Assembly: GCF_900167395.1 (NCBI RefSeq)
Contig: NZ_FUWK01000026.1
Location: forward strand, 10,204-42,203
Direction: 5' to 3'
Source: Nitrosomonas europaea
GTDB taxonomy: Bacteria; Pseudomonadota; Gammaproteobacteria; Burkholderiales; Nitrosomonadaceae
Length of the DNA stretch: 32,000 nucleotides
Within the stretch, counting starts at the first letter, position 1. Each line of letters opens with the position of its first letter. The notes under the pieces were generated by a model, which saw nothing but the letters and a program-made list of their open reading frames with translations, searched no databases and was not told the DNA's origin. Both the position numbers and the translations under genes were made by a program. Of the stretch, positions 9,173-18,793 are shown one piece after another.

Positions 9173-9970
9173 TCAGAAGTGTGATTTCGTATCGAATTTT
9201 CTGGCCTGTTGTTCGAGCCAGATAATGTAACGTTGTATCAGCGTCCCTGATTTCTCAGACAAATTTACAAATTCACAACCGATGCGCGAGCAGGTGTTGC
9301 CATTGGAAAGAATGGCCATACTGATGCTCACGATCCGGACGGTAGTTTCAATCGTGTCGAATTCCGGTAATTCAATCCGGCAGTGCTCCAGCGTCATACC
9401 AGCTTCCAGCGGCGCATCGGTATCCGGCCGATCGATCAGCGCCATGCCACCGCGGCTGATATCCAGCAGATTGAGCGTAAGAAAAACTTCCTCATGTTGC
9501 CTCAATGGTGGAATGACGCAAGTTGCAGGGTTTGCCACGGGCGTTGCGATCCGATAAAAATTGCGCCGCTGCAGACGTTTCAGCGATGTCGGGAGATCTG
9601 CACTGAATGCATTGCGACCCTCAAACCGGATGTGCTGCAGGTTGTTGCAATCGAATTCGATCCTGATGCGGTTATGGCTGGTGACACAACGCAACATCCC
9701 GCTCTTGAGTGCCATTTGATTGAGTGTTTCATTGATCCCGTAATCCAGTACCAGTAACTTCTTTTGCAAATCGACAGCCAGAATGGATGAGAGAATCGCA
9801 GAGTGGCTGTTGCGGGCGAGATGCAGTGAAATCAGTGATTTTTCCTGCATGATTCCATTGAGGAAAAAACATACTTCAGTCAGAGAATGCACGATGTAGT
9901 CGGATTCATTCGTATCCCGCGATACGGATGAAGGCGCTGCCAATTCTGGATTTTTCCGAAGTATGGCCAT
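9173..9970 (-). CDS. ycgR: PilZ-domain flagellar brake protein YcgR
   Basis: 265 aa. It has an N-terminal YcgR/PilZN-like half and a C-terminal PilZ domain with c-di-GMP motifs RRNFYR (RRxxxR) and DISRGG (DxSxxG). Confidence 0.85.
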   Translation of the reverse strand: MAILRKNPELAAPSSVSRDTNESDYIVHSLTEVCFFLNGIMQEKSLISLHLARNSHSAILSSILAVDLQKKLLVLDYGINETLNQMALKSGMLRCVTSHNRIRIEFDCNNLQHIRFEGRNAFSADLPTSLKRLQRRNFYRIATPVANPATCVIPPLRQHEEVFLTLNLLDISRGGMALIDRPDTDAPLEAGMTLEHCRIELPEFDTIETTVRIVSISMAILSNGNTCSRIGCEFVNLSEKSGTLIQRYIIWLEQQARKFDTKSHF

Positions 9971-10001
9971 GATTTCCTCGCTATTTTTTATCGGCCCGAC
10001 G

Positions 10002-10331
10002 CTACACTTGCATGTTCATGATCTCCTGATACGCTGTTACCAGTCGGTTGCGTACCTGAATCATGGACTGAAAGGAAACATTCGCCTTCTGCAGAGAAAT
10101 CATGACATCGTGCAGTTCGACATCCTGATTGCCACCCACGAATTCCCGACTCAGCTGACTGGCAGTCTGCTGAACAGTATTGACCTGATCGACCGCAGAC
10201 TTGAGCAGTTGGCCGAAATCTGCCTGTGAAACCGTGGAAACGGTTGCAGAAGGTTTACTGCCACCCGCTGCCAGATCCGAAGTGGCCTTGAGCTGCGCCA
10301 GAATCTGATCCATGCCTGATGTAACGTTCAT
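10002..10331 (-). CDS. fliE: flagellar hook-basal body complex protein FliE
   Basis: 109 aa. The C-terminus [38 protein letters not shown] is the conserved FliE signature. Confidence 0.93.
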
Positions 10332-10489
10332 ATTTCTTTCTCCAGTATCTGGTTACTTCGGAAAACCTGCCGTACGGCTGAATCACTGTGGCGCATCTTC
10401 ACTCACCCCGCGCCTGTCATGTTGATATGCCTCGGAAAATTCGAACCGCCTGTAACGGTTTTTACCGAAATACTCATTTATAAAATCGA

Positions 10490-11803
10490 TCAACACCGGG
10501 CAAGCCGGTATTGCTGCAGTTTGTAACGCAAGGTGCGCTCGGAGATACCGAGTTTCTGCACCGCCAGCTTACGTGAGCCATTCACCGCCGCCAGCGTTTG
10601 CAGAATATGATCCCGTTCGAGTGATTTGATATCGCGTAGCGGTGAATCACCTTCCCTCTGTGCTTCTCCCCGGAAGGTATCTCTGGCAGAGGATCCCGGC
10701 AGATTCAGGTGTTCAGCCTCGATCGAACCCGTTGCCAGAATCATGGCACGCTGAATCACATTTTCCAGCTCCCGTACATTTCCCGGCCAGGTATACCGTT
10801 CCAGACTGCGTATGGCTGATTGCGCCAACACACAGCGCGGCTGGGCAGATCGATCCAGAATACGCTGCGCCAGCGGCACGATATCCTGCGGACGTTCACG
10901 CAGCGGCAAAATTTCCAGAGGAAAAACATTGAGGCGATAGTACAAATCTTCCCGAAAGCGGCCTTCCTGCACATACATCGGCATATCCCGATTGGAAGTC
11001 GCAATCAGGCGTATATCCAGCTTGACGGGTTTACTCCCGCCTATCCGCTCCACCTCACGTTCCTGCAGGATACGCAGCAGTTTCGCCTGAAGACCGAGCG
11101 GCATTTCCGAAATTTCATCCAACAGCAAAGTTCCCCCGTTGGCCCGCTCGAATTTTCCTGCCTGCGCCTGAGATGCCCCGGTAAACGATCCTTTTTCGTA
11201 TCCGAACAGCGTCGATTCCAGCAGATTTTCAGGGATGGCAGCACAATTGATGGCGACAAACGGTCGAGATGCACGCGGTGAATGGCGATGAATGAATCGG
11301 GCCAGTACTTCCTTGCCACTACCGCTCTCGCCCGTCAGCATCACCGTGGCGCTGGTTGCAGCCACCTTCTTCGCAAGAGACAACAATGTCAGGGTGCGAG
11401 GGTCTTCAGCAACGATTTCCGATTCATCCTCATCGCTGACGGTCAGCAGATAATGCCTGACATGCGCCAGCAGACTGTGCGGATCAAACGGCTTGAGCAG
11501 GTAATCACTGGCGCCGGAACGCATCGCAGCCACGGCCTTGTCCACTTCGCCATAAGCGGTCATCAATACGACCGGAATCCAGGGATGACTCCGCTTGATA
11601 GCCTGCAGCAATGTATAACCATCCATCGGGCGCATCTGCACATCACTGATGACCAGCCCTGCCGGATGAGTCCGCAGCAGATCGATCGCCTGCTCGCCAC
11701 TACTGGCAGCCAGGGTGGTGTATCCGTCCAGCTTGAGCGTTGCGCACAATGCCTCCAGCAGATCCGGATCATCTTCCACTATCAATACAGGCAAATTCCG
11801 CAT
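10490..11803 (-). CDS. fleR: sigma-54-dependent flagellar response regulator (FleR/FlrC type)
   Basis: REC domain (VLIVEDD...VISDVQMRPMDG). AAA+ sigma-54 activator domain (GESGSGKE, EKGSFTGA, ELFLDEI-like LLLDEISEM). C-terminal Fis-type HTH (AVQKLGISERTLRYKL). Confidence 0.9.
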   Translation of the reverse strand: MRNLPVLIVEDDPDLLEALCATLKLDGYTTLAASSGEQAIDLLRTHPAGLVISDVQMRPMDGYTLLQAIKRSHPWIPVVLMTAYGEVDKAVAAMRSGASDYLLKPFDPHSLLAHVRHYLLTVSDEDESEIVAEDPRTLTLLSLAKKVAATSATVMLTGESGSGKEVLARFIHRHSPRASRPFVAINCAAIPENLLESTLFGYEKGSFTGASQAQAGKFERANGGTLLLDEISEMPLGLQAKLLRILQEREVERIGGSKPVKLDIRLIATSNRDMPMYVQEGRFREDLYYRLNVFPLEILPLRERPQDIVPLAQRILDRSAQPRCVLAQSAIRSLERYTWPGNVRELENVIQRAMILATGSIEAEHLNLPGSSARDTFRGEAQREGDSPLRDIKSLERDHILQTLAAVNGSRKLAVQKLGISERTLRYKLQQYRLARC

Positions 11804-11816
11804 TTCTTATCTGTCC

Positions 11817-13082
11817 TCATTTTTCGGCTGTTTCAGCCTTACTCCGCAAATCAGGTACATTCTCAAACTCTTTTGCCGTTCTCGGCAGGCTGATCGTAAA
11901 CCGGGTACCGGTACCGGGTACCGAATCGATCCGGATTTCACCTCGCATCGACTGGATCAGATTATGCACGATCGCCAGCCCCAACCCGGTTCCCTCCGTT
12001 CGTGTCGTGAAGAACGGCTCAAACACCCGCTCACGCAGGGTGGGATCGATTCCCGGACCCTCGTCACTGACGATCAGCCTGGCTTCATCTTCCGTTGTTT
12101 CACAAGTCAGTGTGACGAGGCTGCCGACAGGAGAAACCTGCACGGCATTATCGAGCAGATTCGCCACGGCATTGCTCAGCGCCGCACGATCCACATTCAG
12201 ACTGACTCCCCTGCTGTTATCCTGAACAACAAACCGCAGATTACGCTGCTGCATCTGGGGTGCCATCACCCGCTGCATTTTGCGTAGCAGTACAGACAGT
12301 TTCACCCGCCCTGCCGGCACCGGTTCACCTTTCACGAACTGCAGCATGTTACGGATCAGATGCTCCAGATGGTGGAGCCGCTCAATCGCTTTAACGGCAA
12401 ATCTTTTTCTTTCCTGAGGATCGAGTGCTTCACCGCTCAAATGCCCGGCATACAGCAATGCAGTGGATAACGGCGTGCGCAGCTGGTGTGCCAGGCCGGC
12501 AGCCATTTCGCCCATTGCCGCAAGCCGCTGGTTACGGCGATTCTGTTCGCGCAGTGCATAGGCTTCTGTCATGTCGTGGAGCAGCAGAATGCACTCCCCG
12601 GTCATTTCCGAAACACTGCTCTCGATATACAGTCTGCGCGGACAGAATAGAGCGAGATCTTCCTTTCCCGCATGCCATTCACCGGCCACACCTGTCGGCT
12701 GTAAACGCTCCTGTACGATCTGCTGCCACGTCATCCCCAGTAATGGCTCTCCCAGTAAACGAATCGCTGCCGGATTGACCCGGCTGATACTGTTCTGGTG
12801 ATCCAGCACCACAACACCACCAGGCAGTGCCGTCAGCAATTGCCCGAGCTGCTGCGACAACGCTTCCTTGGCAGCCAGCTCGCGCTGCAGCTCTCCATTG
12901 GCCAGCGCCAGTTCTTCCGTCAGGCGGAAAACCTGCTGCTGCAATTCACGATAGATCCCGGAAAGCTGGCTGGATGCCTGACTGAATACGGCAAAGGCCT
13001 GCCGGAGCTGTTCATGATCGGCCACCGGTGTAACGCCTACCTCTGTTTTCATGGAGAAAATCTCCCGATTTCGACGCTGCAC
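11817..13082 (-). CDS. fleS: PAS sensor histidine kinase (FleS/FlrB type)
   Basis: Coiled coil plus PAS (GGVVVLDHQNSISRVNPAAIRLLG). H-box: AAGLAHQLRTPLS. HATPase_c N and G boxes: LLDNAVQ, DEGPGI, GTGLGLAIV. It sits 13 nt upstream of fleR. An alternative start is at 13052. Confidence 0.87.
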   Translation of the reverse strand: MQRRNREIFSMKTEVGVTPVADHEQLRQAFAVFSQASSQLSGIYRELQQQVFRLTEELALANGELQRELAAKEALSQQLGQLLTALPGGVVVLDHQNSISRVNPAAIRLLGEPLLGMTWQQIVQERLQPTGVAGEWHAGKEDLALFCPRRLYIESSVSEMTGECILLLHDMTEAYALREQNRRNQRLAAMGEMAAGLAHQLRTPLSTALLYAGHLSGEALDPQERKRFAVKAIERLHHLEHLIRNMLQFVKGEPVPAGRVKLSVLLRKMQRVMAPQMQQRNLRFVVQDNSRGVSLNVDRAALSNAVANLLDNAVQVSPVGSLVTLTCETTEDEARLIVSDEGPGIDPTLRERVFEPFFTTRTEGTGLGLAIVHNLIQSMRGEIRIDSVPGTGTRFTISLPRTAKEFENVPDLRSKAETAEK

Positions 13083-13283
13083 AGCTTAGCACCACGCACT
13101 ACGCTGATCATCGATGAAATAACACGAGCAAATGTTCTCTTTTCAGAGATTCAGGCCCAGAGAATATCCCGATAATGCCGGTATTCATCAAACCGCAACA
13201 CATATTCAAATGACAAACCAGAGCGGGCTCAGATATCCGTCAGGCTTCGTAAATCTCAAAGAACAAGGCAGGAGGTGATCGTT

Positions 13284-14930
13284 ATGGCAACCGTCCAGGA
13301 AGAAATCCAGGAAGAAAAAAAGACATTCAGTCAACTGGATAAAATCAAACAACTGCCCACCCAGAAGAAACTGGGTCTGATGGTGGCAGCCGCCGCCGTC
13401 ATTGCCCTGATCGCCGGTACATGGCTATGGAGCCAGTCGCCGGATTACCGGGTTCTTTATGCCAGCTTGTCGGATCAGGAAGGGGGAGCGATCATCGAGG
13501 CCCTGCAGAAGATGAATGTTCCGTACCAGTTCAGCGAAAGTGGCGGCTCGATTCTGATTCCGGCCAGTCAGGTGCATGAAGTCCGCCTGCGTCTGGCAGG
13601 GCAAGGGCTGCCCAAAGGCAATCTGTCCGGTTTCGAGATTCTGGAAAACCAGAAATTCGGCTCCAGCCAGTTCCTGGAACAAGTCAATTATCAGCGCGCC
13701 CTGGAAGGTGAACTCTCCCGTTCGATTCAATCCCTGTCAGCCGTTCAGGGGGCACGCGTGCACCTGGCGATTGCCAAGCCGAGCGTATTCACCCGGGAGC
13801 GTCCGCAACCAAGAGTTTCCGTGCTGCTGAACCTGCATCCCGGACGGATGCTGAGCACCGAACAGGTCAGCGCAATCGTTCATCTGATTTCCAGCAGTAT
13901 TCCCGATATGCCGGTCAAAAACGTTACCGTTGTCGATCAGCAAGGTAATCTGTTGAGTGGTCAGAAAGACAACCAGGCGGAAACCGGACTCGACCCCGGC
14001 CAGCTCAAGTATGTGCAGGATATGGAGCAGAATTTCGTCCGGCGCATCGAGGCCATTCTGACACCCATCACCGGTGAAGATAACGTACATGCACAAGTGA
14101 CCGCAGATGTCGATTTTTCCCGCATCGAACGTGCCGAAGAAATCTACAAACCCAACAACAATCCGGCAGAAGCAGCTGCAGTTCGCAGCCAGCAACAATC
14201 CGAGTCGGTTTCCATTTCCCAGCCGGAAGGAGGAGTACCGGGTGCGCTGTCGAATCGTCCTCCTGCTCCGGCCGAGGCACCGATAGAAGCCAAACAGAGT
14301 TCGGAAGCAGCTGCCAAGACGACTCCGACCGATACGCGTAGGGAATCAACGACCAACTATGAAGTGGATAAAACCATTTCACATACCCGCCAGGCAACAG
14401 GCCGCATCAACCGGCTTTCAGCGGCAGTGGTCATCAATTACCGGACGAAGCTGGATACTGAAGGCAATCCGGCCAATGAACCGCTTTCCGGTGAAGAGAT
14501 CGAGAAAATCACCGCCCTGGTGAAACAGACCATCGGTTTCGATGAAACACGCGGCGATACGCTGACGGTTACCAACAGCCAGTTCAACCTGAAGGGAGAT
14601 TCACTGGAAGAACTGCCACCCTGGAAAGATCCGGATACCGTCCTGCTTGCCAAAGACATTGGCAAGCAACTGCTGATCGCGGCAATCGTACTGTTCTTCC
14701 TGCAAAAGATCTTCCGACCGTTTCTCAGGAATTTGCTGCCTCCTCCACCACCGCCACCCGTTCCGGCATTAGCTGTCAAGAATGGATTGGAACACAGCGA
14801 AGCCGAGGTGAGTACTGTCAGGGTGGTGACGCTGGAAGAAAATCTGGAAAAAGCCAGATTACTGGCTGTCACTGAACCGGCTATCGTAGCCAACGTTGTA
14901 AAAGGATGGGTGTCAGGCAATGAGCGATGA
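13284..14930 (+). CDS. fliF: flagellar MS-ring protein FliF
   Basis: Typical FliF N-terminus with TM segment, YRVLYASLSDQEGGAIIEAL, and LPKG...GFEILE. I place the start at ATG 13284 after GGAGG; the track ORF begins at GTG 13275. It contains a run of 7 consecutive Pro codons at 14739-14759. Confidence 0.95.
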   Translation: MATVQEEIQEEKKTFSQLDKIKQLPTQKKLGLMVAAAAVIALIAGTWLWSQSPDYRVLYASLSDQEGGAIIEALQKMNVPYQFSESGGSILIPASQVHEVRLRLAGQGLPKGNLSGFEILENQKFGSSQFLEQVNYQRALEGELSRSIQSLSAVQGARVHLAIAKPSVFTRERPQPRVSVLLNLHPGRMLSTEQVSAIVHLISSSIPDMPVKNVTVVDQQGNLLSGQKDNQAETGLDPGQLKYVQDMEQNFVRRIEAILTPITGEDNVHAQVTADVDFSRIERAEEIYKPNNNPAEAAAVRSQQQSESVSISQPEGGVPGALSNRPPAPAEAPIEAKQSSEAAAKTTPTDTRRESTTNYEVDKTISHTRQATGRINRLSAAVVINYRTKLDTEGNPANEPLSGEEIEKITALVKQTIGFDETRGDTLTVTNSQFNLKGDSLEELPPWKDPDTVLLAKDIGKQLLIAAIVLFFLQKIFRPFLRNLLPPPPPPPVPALAVKNGLEHSEAEVSTVRVVTLEENLEKARLLAVTEPAIVANVVKGWVSGNER

Positions 14931-15915
14931 AGGGATTTTTAAAAGTGCAATTTTGTTGATGTCGCTGGGGGAAGAAGAAGCTTCCCGGGTGTTTCGCCAT
15001 CTCGGCCCCAAGGAAGTTCAGAAACTGAGTGAGGCCATGGCCGCCCTCAACGATATCAAGCAGGAAACCATCGAAAGCGTACTGGAAGAGTTTTGTCATC
15101 TTGCGAATGGCAAAACCTCACTGGGACAGGGAGCACTCGACTACCTGCGCACAGTGCTGACCAAAGCACTGGGAGAGGAAAAAGCAGCGGGGCTGATGGA
15201 TCGCATCAGCCAGGGAGATGACACCAGCGGGATAGAAAGCCTGAAATGGATGGATGCTGCTTCTGCTGCCGAACTGATCAAGAACGAGCATCCGCAGATC
15301 ATTGCCACTATCCTGGTGCATCTGGAACGCGATCAATCCAGCGCTATCCTGGCACTGTTTACCGAACGACTGAGAAATGATGTTCTGCTGCGTATCGCCA
15401 CACTGGACAGCGTTCAGCCGACGGCACTGCGCGAACTGAACGGTGTGCTGAGCAAATTGCTGTCGGGCACCGACAGCATCAAGAAGCCGCGCATGGGCGG
15501 TATTCGCACTACGGCAGAGATTCTGAATTTCATGCCGACCGCACTGGAAAGCAACATCATCGAGAATTTCAACCAGTATGACGAGGAAATTGCACAGAAA
15601 ATCATGGATGAAATGTTTGTCTTCGATGATCTGTTGCATGTCGATGACCAGGGCATCCAGCTTCTGCTGAGAGAAATCCAGTCCGATGCACTCATCACCG
15701 CACTCAAGGGTGCCAAGGAAGAATTACGCATCAAAATCTTCAAGAACATGTCACAACGTGCTGCCGAAACGCTACGTGAGGATCTCGAAAGCAAAGGGCC
15801 CGTTCGTGTTTCCGAGGTAGAAACCGAACAGAAGAAAATCCTCAAGACTTTGCGACAGCTTGCCGATGATGGTCGTATCGCACTGGGTGGAAAAGAAGGA
15901 GACGGTTTCATCTGA
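14920..15915 (+). CDS. fliG: flagellar motor switch protein FliG
   Basis: 331 aa with KSAILLMSLGEEEASRVFRHLGPKEVQKL, MFVFDDL, and the C-terminal torque-helix region. It overlaps the end of fliF by 11 nt. Confidence 0.96.
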   Translation: MSDEGIFKSAILLMSLGEEEASRVFRHLGPKEVQKLSEAMAALNDIKQETIESVLEEFCHLANGKTSLGQGALDYLRTVLTKALGEEKAAGLMDRISQGDDTSGIESLKWMDAASAAELIKNEHPQIIATILVHLERDQSSAILALFTERLRNDVLLRIATLDSVQPTALRELNGVLSKLLSGTDSIKKPRMGGIRTTAEILNFMPTALESNIIENFNQYDEEIAQKIMDEMFVFDDLLHVDDQGIQLLLREIQSDALITALKGAKEELRIKIFKNMSQRAAETLREDLESKGPVRVSEVETEQKKILKTLRQLADDGRIALGGKEGDGFI

Positions 15916-15949
15916 TCGGCGCTGTCCGATCTGGCCACCCGACCATATC

Positions 15950-16051
15950 ATTCCATTCCCAAATCAAAAATGACACGAAGGCGAGCCGCAGACAGTATAA
16001 ATAATACGGCCAGGCGAAGCCGACAAAGTTAGTTCTGATTTAGAAATGGAA
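15950..16051. repeat. ~100-nt intergenic element with imperfect 16-bp terminal inverted repeats (MITE/REP-like) in the fliG-fliH gap
   Basis: TTCCATTCCCAAATCA (15951-15966) versus the reverse complement of TGATTTAGAAATGGAA (16036-16051) gives 14/16 matches. The first 32 nt are repeated exactly at 9093-9124. Confidence 0.7.
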
Positions 16052-16112
16052 TCAAAGCCCGTAATCATCTTTCATCAGGCACCTCGTCAACTCGTATAAG
16101 GAAACAACGGAT

Positions 16113-16832
16113 ATGGAAGCAGCTTACGTCATTCCAAAGAAAGAACTCTCTTCCTGGCAGAAATGGGAATTTGGCTCGCTCGATCCGCTTAAATCCCGGC
16201 AGAAAACTGAATCTCCGGAAAAAACACCCCATACTGCCAGATCAGCAGATCAGCCTGAAAATCAGATAGCAGCCGGGGCAAAAACCACAGCACACGAAGC
16301 CATTGTTTTACCCACCGCCGAACAGATCGAGCAAATCTACCAGCAAGCCCGTGAAGAAGGCAAAACGGCGGGTTACCAGGAAGGCATGCAACAGGCAAAA
16401 CATGCCGCCCTGGTAGAAGTCAAGCATTTGCAATCGCTTACTGGTGCTCTGGAACAGGAATTGAAACAAATCGATCAGACCATGGCACAGGATTTGCTGA
16501 CACTCGCCATCGATCTGGCCAGAAAAATCACCAGCCATGCGCTGGAAATCAAACCTGAACTGATTCTTCCGGTCGTCGAGGAGGCATTGCGTCAACTGCC
16601 CGCTGTCTCGCAGTCGATCCGGCTGACCCTGCATCCCGATGATGCCGCGCGAATACGAGATCATCTGGAAAATCATCCGGCCCACCCCAAGTGGCATATA
16701 TATGAAGATACACAGATCGAGCCCGGTGGCTGCCGGATCGAATCCGGTGGCTGTGAAGTGGATGCAACGCTGGCTACCCGCTGGCAGCGTACTCTGGCTG
16801 TCCTCGGCCAGGAGCAGCCCTGGCTGGTATGA
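16113..16832 (+). CDS. fliH: flagellar assembly protein FliH
   Basis: 239 aa. It is Glu/Gln-rich with a coiled middle region and a C-terminal FliH domain ([17 protein letters not shown]...[14 protein letters not shown]). It sits between fliG and fliI, and its stop overlaps the fliI start (ATGA). Confidence 0.85.
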   Translation: MEAAYVIPKKELSSWQKWEFGSLDPLKSRQKTESPEKTPHTARSADQPENQIAAGAKTTAHEAIVLPTAEQIEQIYQQAREEGKTAGYQEGMQQAKHAALVEVKHLQSLTGALEQELKQIDQTMAQDLLTLAIDLARKITSHALEIKPELILPVVEEALRQLPAVSQSIRLTLHPDDAARIRDHLENHPAHPKWHIYEDTQIEPGGCRIESGGCEVDATLATRWQRTLAVLGQEQPWLV

Positions 16833-18265
16833 CAATACCAGACGGATACCACGACCACGTGGATACCACCGGATCAGTCCACACCCCACTCTGGCGTGAT
16901 TTCCTCCAGAACTGCCAGCGACTGATCGAGCCTGCGAATTCCTTTCTCGTCAGCGGTACGCTTACCCGTGTTGCCGGGCTAGTAATGGAAGCCGTTGGCC
17001 TCAAGCTGGCAGTAGGTACCAGCTGTATCGTTTTTCTCCCGAACGGAAACAGCGTCACGGCAGAAGTAGTTGGTTTCTCCGGAGAACGGCTTTTTCTGAT
17101 GCCCTCTGGCGATATTTATGGACTGACGCCCGGTGCAAAAGTCGTCCCTACCGAATATACCGGCGCAGTACCCCGCATCGGAACCCTGCAGCATCCGCGA
17201 CGCCGTGCGGCCGATCGGACAAAACATATCAGTGTCGGCCCGGAGCTGTTGGGGCGCGTTTTGAATGGATCCGGCGATCCACTCGATCGCTATGGCCCGC
17301 TCCATTGTGGGCATAGTGTGCCGCTTTACAGCCGTCCGTTCAATCCGCTGGAACGGGCACCGATCGAAAAAACACTGGATGTCGGTGTACGTGCGATCAA
17401 TACATTGCTGAGTGTGGGGCGTGGCCAGCGCATGGGATTGTTTGCCGGCAGCGGCGTGGGTAAAAGTGTCTTGCTCGGTATGATGGCACGTTATACCAGC
17501 GCAGATGTCATTGTTGTCGGCCTGATTGGCGAACGAGGCCGCGAAGTCCAGGAATTCATCGAACATATTCTCGGCCCGGAAGGACTGGCACGCTCGGTTG
17601 TCGTTGCCGCACCAGCCGATACTTCACCACTGATGCGTTTGCACGGCGCCGCCTATGCTACTGCCATTGCCGAATATTTCCGGGATGAAGGCAAGCATGT
17701 GCTGCTGATCATGGATTCCCTCACCCGCGTTGCCATGGCGCAGCGGGAGATTTCACTCGCCATTGGCGAACCGCCTGCCACCAAGGGCTACCCCCCCTCC
17801 GTATTCGCCCGCCTGCCCCAGCTGGTAGAGCGTGCGGGTAACGGCCGGCGGGGAAGCGGATCGATCACTGCCTTCTATACCGTGCTGACCGAGAATGATG
17901 ATCCCAATGATCCGATTGCCGATAATGCACGCGCCATTCTCGATGGCCATATCGTATTGTCACGGCGCCTGGCCGAGGCGGGTCACTATCCGGCAATCGA
18001 CATTGAGGCCTCGATCAGCCGCGTGATGGCCAGCCTGGTAACACGTGAACAGCTTGGTCAGGCGCAGCGCTTCAAGGCCCTGTACTCCCGTTATCAGCGC
18101 AGCCATGATCTGATCAGCGTGGGGGCATACGCAAGCGGCAGTGATCCGCAACTGGATCGGGCCATCGAGCTTTACCCGGTACTCGAATCATTTCTGCAGC
18201 AAGGCATGTTCGAGCAGGAAAGCTATATCGAAAGTATGGAAAAGCTTTCGGCGTTACAACTGTAA
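16829..18265 (+). CDS. fliI: flagellum-specific ATPase FliI
   Basis: Walker A GSGVGKS, Walker [11 protein letters not shown], and F1/T3SS-ATPase signatures ([18 protein letters not shown]). Confidence 0.97.
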   Translation: MTIPDGYHDHVDTTGSVHTPLWRDFLQNCQRLIEPANSFLVSGTLTRVAGLVMEAVGLKLAVGTSCIVFLPNGNSVTAEVVGFSGERLFLMPSGDIYGLTPGAKVVPTEYTGAVPRIGTLQHPRRRAADRTKHISVGPELLGRVLNGSGDPLDRYGPLHCGHSVPLYSRPFNPLERAPIEKTLDVGVRAINTLLSVGRGQRMGLFAGSGVGKSVLLGMMARYTSADVIVVGLIGERGREVQEFIEHILGPEGLARSVVVAAPADTSPLMRLHGAAYATAIAEYFRDEGKHVLLIMDSLTRVAMAQREISLAIGEPPATKGYPPSVFARLPQLVERAGNGRRGSGSITAFYTVLTENDDPNDPIADNARAILDGHIVLSRRLAEAGHYPAIDIEASISRVMASLVTREQLGQAQRFKALYSRYQRSHDLISVGAYASGSDPQLDRAIELYPVLESFLQQGMFEQESYIESMEKLSALQL

Positions 18266-18282
18266 AACAGTAAGCGCAAAAG

Positions 18283-18735
18283 ATGGCTACCCCCCATTCA
18301 CTCAAACTGCTGCTCGACCACGCCCGCAAACAAACGGACGATGCCGCCATCAATCTGGGCAAGCTGAATCTCAAGCAGCAGGAAGCTGAGAAAACCTTAC
18401 AGCTGTTAGTCGAATATCGCGAAAATTACCAGTCGCAATTCATGGAATCCGCCGGGAGCGGTATCAGTCCGGTTGAATGGCGAAATTTCAAGGCATTCAT
18501 CTGCAAGCTCGATACTGCCATTCAGTCACAGCAAAGACTCGTCACGATGACGCAACAGCATACGGAAGCAGGAAGCACGCAATATCACGCCCACCGTCAA
18601 AAGCTGAAATCCTATGACACCCTGTCGCAGCGCGCCGAGCTTCACCACCAGGCACGCTTACAGAAACAGGAACAGCGTCAGCTGGATGAACATACGGCGC
18701 ACAACTTCAGCAAACAGCAAAAGAACGCAGATTAG
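18283..18735 (+). CDS. fliJ: flagellar export chaperone/stalk protein FliJ
   Basis: 150-aa all-helical coiled-coil protein. LKLLLDHARKQTDDAA...LVEYRENY is typical of FliJ, and it lies between fliI and fliK. Confidence 0.85.
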   Translation: MATPHSLKLLLDHARKQTDDAAINLGKLNLKQQEAEKTLQLLVEYRENYQSQFMESAGSGISPVEWRNFKAFICKLDTAIQSQQRLVTMTQQHTEAGSTQYHAHRQKLKSYDTLSQRAELHHQARLQKQEQRQLDEHTAHNFSKQQKNAD

Positions 18736-18793
18736 TGGCATGAGAATTGCTTGATACTTGCCATACAACAACAAATCTTCTTCGAGGACTACC

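Noticed and set aside
9138-9175. Inverted repeat TGACATC...GATGTCA between the convergent FlhB-like and ycgR genes, as a possible bidirectional terminator.
   Set aside because: It has only a 7-bp stem with a 24-nt loop, no U-tract, and it overlaps the ycgR stop codon. That is too weak to annotate.
10439-10450. GGCGGTTCGAAT on the minus strand resembles a tRNA T-arm (GGTTCGAAT).
   Set aside because: No acceptor stem, D-arm or anticodon arm can be built around it. It is more likely part of a weak hairpin (ACCGTTACAGGCGGT) after fleR.
10332-13283. Search for sigma-54 promoters (TGGCAC-N5-TTGC) upstream of fliE, fleS and fliF, expected because FleR is a sigma-54 activator.
   Set aside because: I found only off-spacing or degenerate matches, for example GGTGCTAAGCTGTGCA on the minus strand at about 13075-13095 (overlapping the fleS start) and GGCAGGTTTTCC upstream of fliE. 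None is good enough to annotate. A PWM scan would be needed.
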